Shown: piece after piece, positions 18,105-29,193 of the stretch
Layout of the letters: every line of letters begins with the position of its first letter
Position numbering within the stretch: position 1 is the first letter of the stretch
Origin: Bacteroidales bacterium
GTDB lineage: Bacteria > Bacteroidota > Bacteroidia > Bacteroidales > VadinHA17
Direction: 5' to 3'
NCBI GenBank assembly: GCA_007132995.1
Contig: SLNP01000023.1
Location: 618 to 64,617 of the forward strand
DNA: 64,000 nucleotides
Notes under the pieces: generated by a model
What the model was told of the DNA's origin: nothing
What the model saw: the letters and a program-made list of their open reading frames with translations, nothing else
Database searches by the model: none
Program-made: the position numbers and the translations under genes

Positions 18105-18644
18105 CTATCTGGCAATATGGAAGAGCCCCTTATTATACGCCAGAGGTATAACCTCTCCCGACTCCACCCTGTCGGAAGATATGTCGTATCTGTTTTCGGT
18201 CAGGGGAAGGGTAAGCCTCTTTTCCCCGCCCGAAACATTGTTAAGACGGCTTACTACAATTAGTGCGCCCGGTATCACACTTGTGGCAAGGGAAGGCGAC
18301 TCACAAACAACGGGTGATTTTCCCGGAATGAGCGACATAACCTTTTTAAAGGGAGCGAGGGGCCCTCCACTCACTACCTGTATATAGAACGATTTTATGG
18401 CGCCTGCGGCAAGAAGTCTTGATGAATCCTTTTCACGCCTGGCTGAGAGCTCTTCGCTTACAACAAAATCCTCTTCACGGAATAGCACCTCTAAGCCATC
18501 CTGTAGCGGATGGTTGTGAGAGCTTATCTTAACGCTATAAACACCGTGGTTGCTGAATCTTCTTATTATATCAGCGGCGACTGTAGTTTTACCGACCTTG
18601 CGTCCTGTGCCGGCAACTATGACAACTTGTGGCATGTGTGTCAT
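18105..18644 (-). CDS. Small P-loop protein, MobB-like
   Basis: AGTGRKVGKTT, VKISSH, KDSSRLLAAGA, VVCES. Confidence 0.6.
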   Translation of the reverse strand: MTHMPQVVIVAGTGRKVGKTTVAADIIRRFSNHGVYSVKISSHNHPLQDGLEVLFREEDFVVSEELSARREKDSSRLLAAGAIKSFYIQVVSGGPLAPFKKVMSLIPGKSPVVCESPSLATSVIPGALIVVSRLNNVSGGEKRLTLPLTENRYDISSDRVESGEVIPLAYNKGLFHIAR

Positions 18645-18664
18645 GCTATAAATCTGATTATGTG

Positions 18665-19246
18665 CTACTTACGCAGCAAGTAAGGATAGGAGGGGCGGGG
18701 AGGAGCGCCCTCGGTAAGCTCTATTATCAGTTTTACAATATTGTCCCACTCACTTCTGGGTATTTCACCTCTGAATATTGCACGACACACCCGCTCTCTG
18801 TCAACTATTATTGTTGTGTAGCTGTTTTTGGGCATTCCCCAGATATCTTGCAGCAGCCCCTCATAGTCAAACAGTATTGTTGCATCATATCTTCTCGCTT
18901 TGCGTCGGGCAACAATCCGTATGGCACTGTTTGGCATCCAGGTAGACCTTGAATCTACTATGCCAAAGCCGTCAAACTTATCGGGATCTATGCGTCTATC
19001 TCTCTCTACAACATTTTTAATAAAGTCATTAAAGTCATCGTTCAGGTCTGACTGCCCCGGATCTACATAGTTTATAATTAACACCTTGTTTTCCCATGAT
19101 TCAAGGGTGAACATCTTATTGCCGGCGTCCGGCAGTCTCCAGTCAGGAACCCTTTGCCCGACCTTAATGCCTCTCTCTTGCGCGGTGAGCAAAAGGGGTA
19201 TTGCCATAACAATACCAAGCAGAATTGGTTTTATCGAAGCTTTCAT
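18665..19246 (-). CDS. Exported thioredoxin-fold protein, YtfJ-like
   Basis: Signal peptide, VGQRVPDWRLPD, ILFDYEGLLQDIWG; no CxxC. Confidence 0.65.
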   Translation of the reverse strand: MKASIKPILLGIVMAIPLLLTAQERGIKVGQRVPDWRLPDAGNKMFTLESWENKVLIINYVDPGQSDLNDDFNDFIKNVVERDRRIDPDKFDGFGIVDSRSTWMPNSAIRIVARRKARRYDATILFDYEGLLQDIWGMPKNSYTTIIVDRERVCRAIFRGEIPRSEWDNIVKLIIELTEGAPPRPSYPYLLRK

Positions 19247-19523
19247 AACAACTCAAAAGTAATGAAAATTGGAGAATACCGGTAAATAGACTGCATTTGC
19301 CTATAATTAATATTATGTTAAGTAGGTCGGAGTTTATCAGATGGAAGCTAATAAATCTCATTCTTTAGCCTCCCCTCTTTCAGCAGATATATTTGTCGGC
19401 TGCAATAGGTGGCGTGAATCGAAGGCTGTTAGAGCGCGGAGTGTGCTATATTCAAAAATGAGAGCGCATTATTTACTCTGGTAAAACTTGACATGGTGGC
19501 TCGCCCCTGCCTCTATATAAGAT

Positions 19524-19556
19524 AAAAAAAATGCACCGCATATGGCGGTGCATTTT
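19524..19556 (-). terminator. Intrinsic terminator after the TPR gene
   Basis: AAAATGCACCGC-atatg-GCGGTGCATTTT with U-tract on the minus strand. Confidence 0.85.
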
Positions 19557-19577
19557 ATATAGCCGGCTAACTACTCT

Positions 19578-20753
19578 TTATAGTCCGCCTTCAATCTTTT
19601 TTGTCAGCTCAATATAGCGCTCATCTTTATCTCCATAGAGCAGGCCGTAAATAGAGCGAAGTGTTCTCATAACATCCATATCGGCCGGATTTATCTCATG
19701 TGCCCTCTCAAGAGGTTCCTTGGAGCGAACTCTGAATTCCTGGGCCTCTCTGAGGTGCACATCGGCTTCATCAAAATCATCTGCCGCAGCGGCCCTTTGG
19801 GTAGCCTCGATAGCAAGATTGTAATAGGCTATTCCCAGATTGTAATGTGCGGCCCAGTTGCTGTCATCGAGCTCTATTGATCTCTGAAGGTCAGGAATGG
19901 CGTCGTCATATTCATCAACTCCCATAAATATTGTACCCCTTGCAAGATAGAGCGCAGCATTATTGGGGTCGCTCGGGAGTGCGATATCGATATACTCATG
20001 GGCACTTTCAGGCTGCCCTGTATCTATATAGAACTGTATCAGGGCCAGAAGCAGGTCGAGTGTTCCCTCATCATCCGGAAATGCATCTATACCCCTTTTC
20101 AATGTCTTCTCGGCCATCTCAAGATCCTCAAGACCGAGATATGCCTGATAGATATTTGCAAAGGTGGTAACGCCCTCGTAACCAAGCTCTGCACAGTACT
20201 CAAAGTACTCTATAGCTGTCTCATAAAGCCCAGCGTAAAGTGCCGCCAGACCGGCATTAAAGTAGAATACAGTATCGGGCTCGGCGTGGGTAAAGGTTTC
20301 GCTTGTACCTATCTTTATATATTTCTGAAAACCTTCAAGTGCCCCCTCGAAATCCTGCGCTTCCCACCTGGCAAGGGCATGATTTATAAACTGGTTACCC
20401 AGAATGGCGTAGGTCTCGTTGACAATAAGACTATTTCTGATAGTATTCCTGTCATCGAGTTCCATAGCCTTCTCGTAGGCTTCATATGCCTGAACAAGAG
20501 GGTTACTGCCAAGAAGATTCCTGTATCTGCGGTCTTCTGAATCGGCAACAGCCTGCGCAAGCCTGCCCAGGGCATAGTAGGTACGAGGCCAATCTTCTGT
20601 CCTGCGGTGCTCCAATGCATCGTCAAGAGCCTCTTTTGCACGGTCCAGTTCACCCCTCTCAATAAAGCTGAGAGCACTGGAGACCCTACCCCTCTGCGCA
20701 CTCAGGCCTATGGTTATCACTAACGCTGTTATTAACAGAACTGCTTTTTTCAT
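19578..20753 (-). CDS. Exported tetratricopeptide repeat protein
   Basis: Signal peptide; repeated TPR patterns (YFNAGLAA, AHYNLGIAYY); directly downstream of gyrA. Confidence 0.9.
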   Translation of the reverse strand: MKKAVLLITALVITIGLSAQRGRVSSALSFIERGELDRAKEALDDALEHRRTEDWPRTYYALGRLAQAVADSEDRRYRNLLGSNPLVQAYEAYEKAMELDDRNTIRNSLIVNETYAILGNQFINHALARWEAQDFEGALEGFQKYIKIGTSETFTHAEPDTVFYFNAGLAALYAGLYETAIEYFEYCAELGYEGVTTFANIYQAYLGLEDLEMAEKTLKRGIDAFPDDEGTLDLLLALIQFYIDTGQPESAHEYIDIALPSDPNNAALYLARGTIFMGVDEYDDAIPDLQRSIELDDSNWAAHYNLGIAYYNLAIEATQRAAAADDFDEADVHLREAQEFRVRSKEPLERAHEINPADMDVMRTLRSIYGLLYGDKDERYIELTKKIEGGL

Positions 20754-20810
20754 AATTGTATTTGTTTGTGTTTTAATCAGGTTCCAAAAATATAGTTTAT
20801 CAATAACATT

Positions 20811-20825
20811 TCAAATATCCTGCCA
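20811..20825 (-). promoter_or_regulatory. Candidate sigma-54 (-24/-12) promoter for the TPR gene
   Basis: TGGCAGGATATTTGA on the minus strand, spacing as in TGGCACG-N4-TTGC. Confidence 0.5.
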
Positions 20826-20875
20826 TATTTTTACGGCACCTCATGGGTCCTTGTATCTCTCTTTTTAATAACAAG

Positions 20876-23350
20876 TTACTCAACAGCATCGAGGTCTTTC
20901 TCCTCCTCCTCGCTGCTTTCAACACAGGCAACCCCCGCAATAGAATCCTTTTCCCTTATATTTATAAGCCTTACACCCTGGGTCGCACGGCCCACAACAC
21001 GAAGCGCTGATACAGGAATTCTCAGTATGGTTCCACTCTCGGTAATAATCATAAGATCATTGTGATCGGAAACATTTCTGAGCGCGATAAGGTCTCCTGT
21101 CTTTTCGGTTATGTTTATTGTCTTTACCCCCTTGCCTCCTCTGTTGGTTGTCCGGTACTGGTCTATGGCAGAGCGTTTGCCATACCCGTTTTCAGATACA
21201 ACAAGTATGTTCTCATCATCTGACGGGACGGCAACCATGCCAACCACTTCATCACTATCGCTGGCAAGGGTGATACCCCTTACTCCGGAGGCAGTCCTGC
21301 CCATGGGGCGAACGGCACTCTCATGAAACCTTACAGCACGCCCCGACCTGTTTGCAAGCATTATCTGGTGATCGCCTCCTGTGAGCCTTGCGGCAAGAAG
21401 TTCATCACCATCCCTTATAGTTACCGCATTAACACCGGTTGACCGCGGGCGTGAGTACGCTTCAAGAGAGGTCTTCTTGATTACACCCTTCTTGGTGCAG
21501 AGTACAATAAAGTTGCTGTTTACATAGTCAGCATCGTTGAGGTTTTTGAGGTTTATGACGGTCTTAACCGAATCGCCCTGCCCAAGACCTACAAGGTTCT
21601 GAATAGCCCTTCCCTTCGAGGTTCTTGTCCCCTCGGGTATCTGATACACCTTGATCCAGTAACACTTGCCTGAAGCTGTAAAGAGAAGCATGGTGTTATG
21701 CATGGTGGCGATGTAGATGTGCTCTATAAAATCGTCATCCCTTGTGGTGCTGCCCCTTGCTCCTGTGCCTCCCCTGTTTTGGCGACGAAATTCTGTAAGA
21801 GGGGTCCTTTTGATATAACCCATCCTCGATATGGTAATGACCATCTCCTCATCGGCATAGAAATCTTCAGGGCTAAATTCCCCCTCATCAGGAACTATCT
21901 CAGTTCTCCTCTCATCACCGTAGCTCTCTTTTACCTGCAGCAGCTCCTTCTTTATTATATTCATCTGGAGATCATAGCTCTCAAGAATGCTCTTAAGGTG
22001 CTCTATGGTCTTCATAAGCTCATCATACTCTGCCCTGAGCCTGTTCTGTTCAAGGCCAGTGAGCTGCCTTAGCCGCATCTCGACAATGGCCCTTGCCTGT
22101 ATAAGGGTGAGCCCGAATCGCTCCGTAAGCTTCTCTCTGGCAATATCGGGTGTCTCCGATGACCGTATAAGGGCAATAACCTCATCAATATTGTCACTTG
22201 CAATTATCAGCCCTTCAAGTATGTGAGCCCTCTTCTCGGCCTCCCGCAGCTCGTAACGGGTTCTCCTGACAACGATCTCATGCCTGTGGTTAACGAAATT
22301 CTCTATCAAATCAAGAAGGGTTAGGGTCCTGGGCCTTCCCTTAACCAGTGCTATACTGTTAACATTGAAAGAGGTCTGAAGCTGAGACTGCCTGTAAAGG
22401 TTGTTAAGTACTATGCTGGCTGCCGCCTCTTTTTTCAGAATGATAACTATACGCATTCCGTTGCGGTCAGACTCATCATTAATATATGATATACCCTCAA
22501 GCTTCTTCTCATTGATGAGATCTGCAATCTTCTTTATCATTTCGGCCTTGTTGACCATATAGGGTATCTCAGTAATCACTATGCATTCACGACCACTGGG
22601 AGTGTGCTCTATCTCTGTCTTCGACCTTATTACTATCCTGCCCTTTCCGGTCTCGTAGGCATCTTTTATTCCCTGCTCACCATAGATTATACCCCCTGTC
22701 GGAAAGTCGGGCCCCCTCATATGCTCCATGAGCCCGGCGGTGGTGATGTCTCTCTCATCTATCCATGCAATGATTGCACCTGCTACCTCACTTAAATTGT
22801 GAGGCGGCATATTTGTAGCCATACCAACTGCTATACCTGAAGCTCCGTTAATAAGCAGGTTTGGCAGCCTGGCAGGCAGAACCACCGGCTCTTCAATCGA
22901 GTCATCAAAGTTAAGCTGGGTATCAACGGTCTCTTTGTCAAGGTCGGCAAGCATCTCTTCAGCTATCTTTTTCAGCCTCGCCTCGGTATAACGCATTGCG
23001 GCAGGACTGTCTCCGTCTATAGAGCCAAAGTTTCCCTGTCCGTCAATAAGAGGATACCTTAATGACCAGTGTTGTGCCATCCTGACCATGGCCTCATAAA
23101 CAGATGAGTCGCCATGGGGATGATACTTGCCAAGCACCTCTCCCACTATTCTTGCCGACTTCTTGTATGGCTTGCCTGACACTATTCCGAGTTCTGACAT
23201 TCCGAACAGAACACGCCGGTGAACGGGCTTAAGGCCGTCACGGACATCCGGAAGTGCCCTTGCAACAATGACCGACATTGAATAGTCAATATATGCCGAC
23301 TTCATCTCCTCCTCAATATTAACCCTGAGGATTTTCTCTTTTTCTGACAT
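20876..23350 (-). CDS. gyrA: DNA gyrase subunit A
   Basis: [25 protein letters not shown], GyrA-box QNRGGTG. Confidence 0.98.
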   Translation of the reverse strand: MSEKEKILRVNIEEEMKSAYIDYSMSVIVARALPDVRDGLKPVHRRVLFGMSELGIVSGKPYKKSARIVGEVLGKYHPHGDSSVYEAMVRMAQHWSLRYPLIDGQGNFGSIDGDSPAAMRYTEARLKKIAEEMLADLDKETVDTQLNFDDSIEEPVVLPARLPNLLINGASGIAVGMATNMPPHNLSEVAGAIIAWIDERDITTAGLMEHMRGPDFPTGGIIYGEQGIKDAYETGKGRIVIRSKTEIEHTPSGRECIVITEIPYMVNKAEMIKKIADLINEKKLEGISYINDESDRNGMRIVIILKKEAAASIVLNNLYRQSQLQTSFNVNSIALVKGRPRTLTLLDLIENFVNHRHEIVVRRTRYELREAEKRAHILEGLIIASDNIDEVIALIRSSETPDIAREKLTERFGLTLIQARAIVEMRLRQLTGLEQNRLRAEYDELMKTIEHLKSILESYDLQMNIIKKELLQVKESYGDERRTEIVPDEGEFSPEDFYADEEMVITISRMGYIKRTPLTEFRRQNRGGTGARGSTTRDDDFIEHIYIATMHNTMLLFTASGKCYWIKVYQIPEGTRTSKGRAIQNLVGLGQGDSVKTVINLKNLNDADYVNSNFIVLCTKKGVIKKTSLEAYSRPRSTGVNAVTIRDGDELLAARLTGGDHQIMLANRSGRAVRFHESAVRPMGRTASGVRGITLASDSDEVVGMVAVPSDDENILVVSENGYGKRSAIDQYRTTNRGGKGVKTINITEKTGDLIALRNVSDHNDLMIITESGTILRIPVSALRVVGRATQGVRLINIREKDSIAGVACVESSEEEEKDLDAVE

Positions 23351-23478
23351 AAGAGATTTGTGTTTAGTTTATTACGAATTGCAGCAACCCTGCTTTTTAA
23401 GATTACGAAGATAGCAGATTTTGACCTTAAATCACCTGATTAACGGCCAAATATTATCAACATTCACTGTTTATAAGA

Positions 23479-23493
23479 GGGCACGATTATTGA
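23479..23493 (+). promoter_or_regulatory. Candidate sigma-54 (-24/-12) promoter for clpC
   Basis: GGGCACGATTATTGA. Confidence 0.55.
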
Positions 23494-23597
23494 ACTGCTA
23501 TAATCTGCTAAAATTGTAACTTTGTAATCAATAATCGCTGCAGTTATGTCATGCATACCGGATATTCTGGCGTTGCAGCGCAAAACGATAAATAGTA

Positions 23598-26189
23598 ATG
23601 GATTCACAGTTCTCACAACAGGTAAAGGATATACTTACATACAGTAAGGAAGAGGCTATAAGGCTTGGAAACAGCCATATAAGCCCTGAGCACCTCTTTC
23701 TGGGAATACTCAGGGAGGGTGAGGGAAAAGCTATAGATATTCTTATGAATCAGGGTGCAGACCTTATGGGGCTCAAGGGTTCCATAGAGAAGAGTATTAG
23801 GGTTGATAACCCCATTCCCCTGTCAGACAGAGATGTTGTACCTCTGTTAAGGAGCACAGAGCGTGTATTGAAGCTTGTCTATCTGGAAGCCAAGGCTATG
23901 AAGAGCGGGACAATAGATACAGAACACCTCCTGTTATCTATACTTAAGGACAAGAACTTACTTATAACCAGATTTCTGACAGAAATGGATATAGACTACG
24001 CTACCGTGAGGGGCAACATTGAGAGTGACCTGCCTATATCAAGGGCAGATTTTCCCGGAGAGGAAGATGACGAGGGGCAGGGTTTCCCGGGAGGCGGAAG
24101 AGGCGTTCCACCCTCCTCCCCCTCTACCGGTAAGCCTACAACAGACACACCTGTACTTGATAATTTTGGTATTGACCTGACAAAGGCGGCCGAGGAGGAC
24201 AGACTTGACCCCATAGTTGGCAGGGAGAGAGAGATTGAGAGACTTGCCCAGATTTTGTCACGGCGCAAAAAAAATAACCCGGTTCTTATAGGTGATCCTG
24301 GTGTTGGCAAGTCTGCTATCGCCGAGGGGCTGGCTATGAGAATTGTAAAAAAGAGTGTTTCAAGGGTGCTCTTTAATAAAAGGGTGGTGACGCTCGACCT
24401 GGCCTCTATTGTAGCAGGAACAAAATATCGCGGCCAGTTTGAAGAGCGGATGAAGGCTATACTTAATGAGCTGAACAAAAACGATAACATAATTCTATTT
24501 ATAGACGAGATTCATACCATTGTAGGGGCAGGAGGCGCTACCGGGTCGCTGGATGCCGCCAATATGCTAAAGCCCGCCCTCTCGCGCGGTGAAATTCAGT
24601 GTATCGGCGCTACCACCCTGGATGAGTACAGGCAGCACATTGAGAAGGATGGAGCTCTGGAGAGACGGTTCCAGAAGGTGCTTGTTGAACCCACCTCCAT
24701 AGAGGAGACCGTTACCATATTGCACAATATAAAGGAGAGGTATGAAGATCATCACAATGTTATCTATACCGATACTGCAATAGATGCTTGTGTAAAGCTT
24801 ACCAACAGGTATATAAGCGACAGGCATCTTCCCGATAAAGCTATTGATGCTCTCGATGAGACCGGCTCCAGGGTGCATATATCCAATATTGTGGTGCCGG
24901 AAAGAATAGTTGAACTTGAGGAGAGCCTGGAAGAGATAAAGAGAGAGAAGATGGAGGCTGTCAGGAATCAGAATTTTGAGAAGGCTGCCAGCTTCCGTGA
25001 CAGGGAGAGAGATATTCACGACTCAATTGAACAGGAGAAAAAGAAGTGGGAGAAAGAGCTTGCCCGTAACAGAGAGATTGTTGATGAGGGGAAAGTTGCT
25101 GAGGTGGTTGCCATGATGACGGGAGTGCCGGTGCAGCGTATAGCCCAGACTGAGGGTAACAGATTGCTGAACATGGCTGGTGAACTGCGGGGGGCTGTTA
25201 TAGGACAGGATGAGGCCATAAGTAAAGTGGTAAAGGCCATACAACGAAACAGGGCGGGACTGAAAGACCCCAACAAGCCTATCGGAACCCTGATATTTCT
25301 CGGCCCCACCGGTGTTGGAAAGACACAGCTGGCAAAGGTACTTGCCAGATATCTCTTCGATTCGGCCGACAACCTTATACGGATCGACATGAGCGAATAT
25401 ATGGAGAAGTTTACTGTATCAAGGCTTGTCGGTGCACCTCCCGGATATGTTGGCTATGAGGAGGGTGGCCAGCTTACCGAGAAAGTTCGCAGAAGACCCT
25501 ACTCTGTAGTACTTCTGGATGAAATAGAGAAGGCTCATCCCGATGTATTCCATATATTACTGCAGCTACTTGATGAAGGGCAAGTAACAGATAGCCTTGG
25601 GAGAAGAGTCGATTTTAAGAATACAATAATTATTATGACCTCAAATATCGGAACCAGACAGATAACTGATTTCGGACATGGGGTTGGCTTTGAGACATCT
25701 GCCAAAAAGGCACTCAGAAATGAACAGAACAAGAGCATAATACAGAAAGCACTACATAAAACATTTGCCCCGGAATTTCTCAACAGGATAGATGACATAG
25801 TGATGTTTAACTCCCTCAGCAGGGATGATATATCCAAAATAATCAATATTGAACTGAAAGGACTCTTTGACAGGGTTGAATCGCTGGGTTACCACTTGAA
25901 AATCAGCAGTACCGCGCGAGATCATATTGCCGAGAAAGGTTTTGACAGCAAGTATGGGGCACGCCCGCTTAAGAGAGCAATACAGAAGTATATTGAAGAT
26001 CCTATGGCAGAACTGCTAATTAAATCGTCGATAAGTGAAGGTGATACAATCAACATAGGGTTTAGCAGTAAGCGCGGTGAGATATCTCTGAGGGTAAAGA
26101 GAGGTGTCAGGAAGGAGAGCAAAAGCTCTGATACGGGCAGTGGGAAATCAGATGGCAGGGCCGGCAGTAATGGCGGTGAAGCGAGATAG
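23598..26189 (+). CDS. clpC: ATP-dependent Clp protease ATP-binding subunit
   Basis: Clp-N repeats, two Walker A motifs (GDPGVGKS, GPTGVGKT), short UVR coiled coil, VGF ClpP-binding loop. Confidence 0.96.
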   Translation: MDSQFSQQVKDILTYSKEEAIRLGNSHISPEHLFLGILREGEGKAIDILMNQGADLMGLKGSIEKSIRVDNPIPLSDRDVVPLLRSTERVLKLVYLEAKAMKSGTIDTEHLLLSILKDKNLLITRFLTEMDIDYATVRGNIESDLPISRADFPGEEDDEGQGFPGGGRGVPPSSPSTGKPTTDTPVLDNFGIDLTKAAEEDRLDPIVGREREIERLAQILSRRKKNNPVLIGDPGVGKSAIAEGLAMRIVKKSVSRVLFNKRVVTLDLASIVAGTKYRGQFEERMKAILNELNKNDNIILFIDEIHTIVGAGGATGSLDAANMLKPALSRGEIQCIGATTLDEYRQHIEKDGALERRFQKVLVEPTSIEETVTILHNIKERYEDHHNVIYTDTAIDACVKLTNRYISDRHLPDKAIDALDETGSRVHISNIVVPERIVELEESLEEIKREKMEAVRNQNFEKAASFRDRERDIHDSIEQEKKKWEKELARNREIVDEGKVAEVVAMMTGVPVQRIAQTEGNRLLNMAGELRGAVIGQDEAISKVVKAIQRNRAGLKDPNKPIGTLIFLGPTGVGKTQLAKVLARYLFDSADNLIRIDMSEYMEKFTVSRLVGAPPGYVGYEEGGQLTEKVRRRPYSVVLLDEIEKAHPDVFHILLQLLDEGQVTDSLGRRVDFKNTIIIMTSNIGTRQITDFGHGVGFETSAKKALRNEQNKSIIQKALHKTFAPEFLNRIDDIVMFNSLSRDDISKIINIELKGLFDRVESLGYHLKISSTARDHIAEKGFDSKYGARPLKRAIQKYIEDPMAELLIKSSISEGDTINIGFSSKRGEISLRVKRGVRKESKSSDTGSGKSDGRAGSNGGEAR

Positions 26190-26207
26190 ACCTCAGATAC
26201 CGTACCA

Positions 26208-27506
26208 CTATTGTCCGGATGTGAGGTCGCCGAAAAGCTCAAAGGGCCCATGGCCGGTTATCCGGACCTCTCTTAGAGAGCCGGGCTCAAGATGCTCATC
26301 TGTTTCTATGAACACCTCCTGATCTATTCCGGGTGAATCATATTCTGTCCTTCCGGTGTAGAGATCGCCCTCTTTACCATCTATAATAACAGTTAGCAGC
26401 GAGCCCTCAAGACGGCTGTTGTTCTCTTCCGATATATCCTGCTGCATCTCCATAAGTTCCGATACTCTCGCCTCTTTAATTTCCCGGGGAATATCGTCAC
26501 TGTACCTTCTCCAGGAAGGGGTACCCTCTTCGTGTGAGTAACTGAAGAGGCCCATCCGTTCAAACCGGAATTCCGATATAAAGCTCCGAAGCTTCCTGTA
26601 ATCATCATCTGTTTCGCCGGGATGACCCGCTATGAAGGTTGTCCTGATGGCGGCATCGGGAAGAACTGTTCTGATCCTGTCGAGCAACCTTCTGGTCTCA
26701 ATCTCTCCGGTACCCCTGTTCATTATCTTGAGCATTCTGTCTGAGATATGCTGCAGCGGAATATCTATATAGTTGCAGATGGAGGGATTATCTCTGATAA
26801 CATCCAGAATGGCAACAGGAAATGTTGAGGGGAACATATAGTGAAGCCTTATCATTGAAAAGAGATCCATTCCGGCGATTGACGAGGCAAGCGAGACGAT
26901 CGATTCTCCTTCACCAATATCACTGCCATAAGAGGTGAGGTCCTGTGCTACAAGTATAAGCTCAGATACACCGCTCCCGGCCAGCATGAGAGCCTCTCTC
27001 TTTAATTCATCAGGAGCGACGGAGATCTGCCTGCCTCTTATCATGGGTATGGCACAAAATGAGCATCCATGACTACACCCTTCGCTCACTTTGAGGTATG
27101 CGTAGTGGCCCGGTCCGGTTATAAAACGGCTGCCGGTATAGTTCCGGTATGCCTCTTTGCCGTTGATTGCTGCAATCAGATGCCCTGTTTCGTTTAACCT
27201 GAAGATCTGATCGGCCTCAGGTATTTCTACCTCCAACTCCTTTTTGTATCGCTCAGATAAGCAACCTGTTATGTATAGCCTCTCAATGTCTCCCCGCTCC
27301 TTGGCTGCTATAAAGTCCATAATGGTATCGATGCTCTCCTCTTTCGCATCGGCGATGAAACCGCAGGTGTTTATTATTACAACAGGTGCAGAACTGACTT
27401 TTCCGTCATGTATAACGGTGTTTCCGCACTCTCGTAGTGCCCCCATTATCTTCTCAGAGTCGACAAGGTTTTTAGAGCAGCCCAGTGTAACTATGTTGAT
27501 AACCAT
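26208..27506 (-). CDS. rimO: Ribosomal protein S12 methylthiotransferase
   Basis: LGCSKNLVDSE, NTCGFI, CSHGCSFC radical-SAM motif, TRAM domain. Confidence 0.96.
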   Translation of the reverse strand: MVINIVTLGCSKNLVDSEKIMGALRECGNTVIHDGKVSSAPVVIINTCGFIADAKEESIDTIMDFIAAKERGDIERLYITGCLSERYKKELEVEIPEADQIFRLNETGHLIAAINGKEAYRNYTGSRFITGPGHYAYLKVSEGCSHGCSFCAIPMIRGRQISVAPDELKREALMLAGSGVSELILVAQDLTSYGSDIGEGESIVSLASSIAGMDLFSMIRLHYMFPSTFPVAILDVIRDNPSICNYIDIPLQHISDRMLKIMNRGTGEIETRRLLDRIRTVLPDAAIRTTFIAGHPGETDDDYRKLRSFISEFRFERMGLFSYSHEEGTPSWRRYSDDIPREIKEARVSELMEMQQDISEENNSRLEGSLLTVIIDGKEGDLYTGRTEYDSPGIDQEVFIETDEHLEPGSLREVRITGHGPFELFGDLTSGQ

Positions 27507-27511
27507 CAAAG

Positions 27512-28468
27512 CTATGTTGTGAAAAGAGATTCAACATAATCTCTCGGGTTGAATAGCAGGAGATCATCAGGTTTTTCTCCGGTACCAATATACTTTACAG
27601 GTATTTTGAACTGGTCGGAGATGCCTATCACCACTCCACCCTTTGCGGTGCCATCAAGTTTGGTAACGGCAAGTGCTGTAACTTCGGTCACCGCTGTGAA
27701 TTGGCGTGCCTGCTCGAAGGCATTCTGGCCGGTTGAGCCGTCAAGTATCAGAAGTACCTCATGGGGAGCACCATCTATAACCTTTCCTGCGGCTCTCTTT
27801 ATTTTTGAAAGCTCATTCATAAGGTTGCTCTTGTTATGGAGCCTACCGGCAGTGTCAATAATAACGATATCAGCATTTGAGGCAATAGCTGAGCTGACTG
27901 TGTCGTAAGCTACAGAGGCAGGGTCAGATCCCATTTTCTGCTTTATAAGTTCGACTCCTGCCCTGTCTGCCCATATCTGAAGCTGATCAATGGCTGCTGC
28001 CCTGAATGTGTCGGCTGCGCCCAGAATAACCTTTTTTCCTCCTTTGGTAAAGTGGTGGGCCATTTTCGCTATGGTGGTTGTCTTCCCAACCCCATTGACC
28101 CCTACCACCATTATCACATAAGGCACCGGCGGTTCATAATTGAGATTGAAACCTGTGATATCGCTGCCTCCTGCGGCGAGCAAAGCTTCGGTCTCTTCTC
28201 TCAGTATGGTGTTTAACTCGTTTGTATTAAGGTACCTGTCTCTTTTTACCCGATCCTCTATCCTCTCAATTATCTTAAGGGTTGTCTCTACACCAACATC
28301 AGATGCGATTAGCATCTCCTCGAGGTTGTCTAGAACGGTATCATCGACTTTCGATCTGCCGGCCACTGCCCTGCCGATCCTGGTAAAAAGGGTCTGTCTT
28401 GTCTTGTCCAGGCCCTCTTTAAGATTCTCTTTTTTATTCTCACCACGGAAAATGTCGAATAGTCCCAT
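27512..28468 (-). CDS. ftsY: Signal recognition particle receptor
   Basis: GVNGVGKTTT, DTFRAAA, DTAGR, TKLDGTAKGG. Confidence 0.97.
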   Translation of the reverse strand: MGLFDIFRGENKKENLKEGLDKTRQTLFTRIGRAVAGRSKVDDTVLDNLEEMLIASDVGVETTLKIIERIEDRVKRDRYLNTNELNTILREETEALLAAGGSDITGFNLNYEPPVPYVIMVVGVNGVGKTTTIAKMAHHFTKGGKKVILGAADTFRAAAIDQLQIWADRAGVELIKQKMGSDPASVAYDTVSSAIASNADIVIIDTAGRLHNKSNLMNELSKIKRAAGKVIDGAPHEVLLILDGSTGQNAFEQARQFTAVTEVTALAVTKLDGTAKGGVVIGISDQFKIPVKYIGTGEKPDDLLLFNPRDYVESLFTT

Positions 28469-28518
28469 ATCGAACAAATTGAAGTATACACCTTTGTATA
28501 TCAGGCTCTCAAAGATAG

Positions 28519-28550
28519 AAAAAAAGCCCCCATCCTGTCGAAGAGAGCTT
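28519..28550 (-). terminator. Probable intrinsic terminator after rpmB-rpmG-DUF4295
   Basis: Minus strand AAGCTCTC...GGGGGCTT stem with G-U pairs, then a U run. Confidence 0.55.
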
Positions 28551-28579
28551 CCTGGTAATAAAAGATATATACCGTTGGT

Positions 28580-28735
28580 TTACTTCTTGTTAAAAAAGTC
28601 CTTAATGTGGTCGTTGTGAACTACCTCTTCCCTGAAGGTGTAGGCGCCTGTCTTCTCAGACTTAACCATCTTTATGCACTTGGTAAAGGCCTTGCCTTTA
28701 CCCGACTTTAGTGTTGCTACTACTTTCTTTGCCAT
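28580..28735 (-). CDS. DUF4295 family small protein (51 aa; not in the ORF track)
   Basis: Manual translation MAKKVVATLKSGKGKAFTKCIKMVKSEKTGAYTFREEVVHNDHIKDFFNKK; usual position between rpmG and ftsY. Confidence 0.9.
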   Translation of the reverse strand: MAKKVVATLKSGKGKAFTKCIKMVKSEKTGAYTFREEVVHNDHIKDFFNKK

Positions 28736-28748
28736 ATATCAGAGTGGT

Positions 28749-28937
28749 TTATTTTATTTCCCTGTGTATTGTCATCCTCTTAAGTATAGGATTGTATTTT
28801 TTCAGCTCCAATCTGTCAGGTGTGTTCTTTCTGTTTTTGGTACTTATATATCTTGAGGTACCGGGCATACCCGACTCCTTATGTTCTTTACATTCAAGAA
28901 TTACCTGTAATCTGTTGCCTTTCGCTTTCTTTGCCAT
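28749..28937 (-). CDS. rpmG: 50S ribosomal protein L33
   Basis: [22 protein letters not shown]. Confidence 0.97.
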   Translation of the reverse strand: MAKKAKGNRLQVILECKEHKESGMPGTSRYISTKNRKNTPDRLELKKYNPILKRMTIHREIK

Positions 28938-28950
28938 CTCAATTCAGGTT

Positions 28951-29193
28951 TTAATATTTTGTTATATACCCCTTCTCCTTTGCCTTTTTCAGGGCACTGG
29001 TGAGTCCTATCTTGTTTATATTCCTCATTCCGGCGGCAGATACTTTAAGGGATATCCACCTCTCTTCATCTTCAAGGAAATATCTCTTTATGAAAAGATT
29101 GGGGTAGAACTTTCTTTTTGATTTCCTGTTTGAGTGAGACACCTTGTGACCACTCATTACCCTTTTACCTGTTACCTGACAAACTTTTGACAT
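28951..29193 (-). CDS. rpmB: 50S ribosomal protein L28
   Basis: CQVTGKRVMSGHKVSHSNRKSKRKFYPNL. Confidence 0.97.
   Translation of the reverse strand: MSKVCQVTGKRVMSGHKVSHSNRKSKRKFYPNLFIKRYFLEDEERWISLKVSAAGMRNINKIGLTSALKKAKEKGYITKY

Noticed and set aside
23095..23125. Quinolone-resistance substitution in GyrA
   Set aside because: HGDSSVYE keeps Ser at the 83-equivalent and an acidic residue at the 87-equivalent
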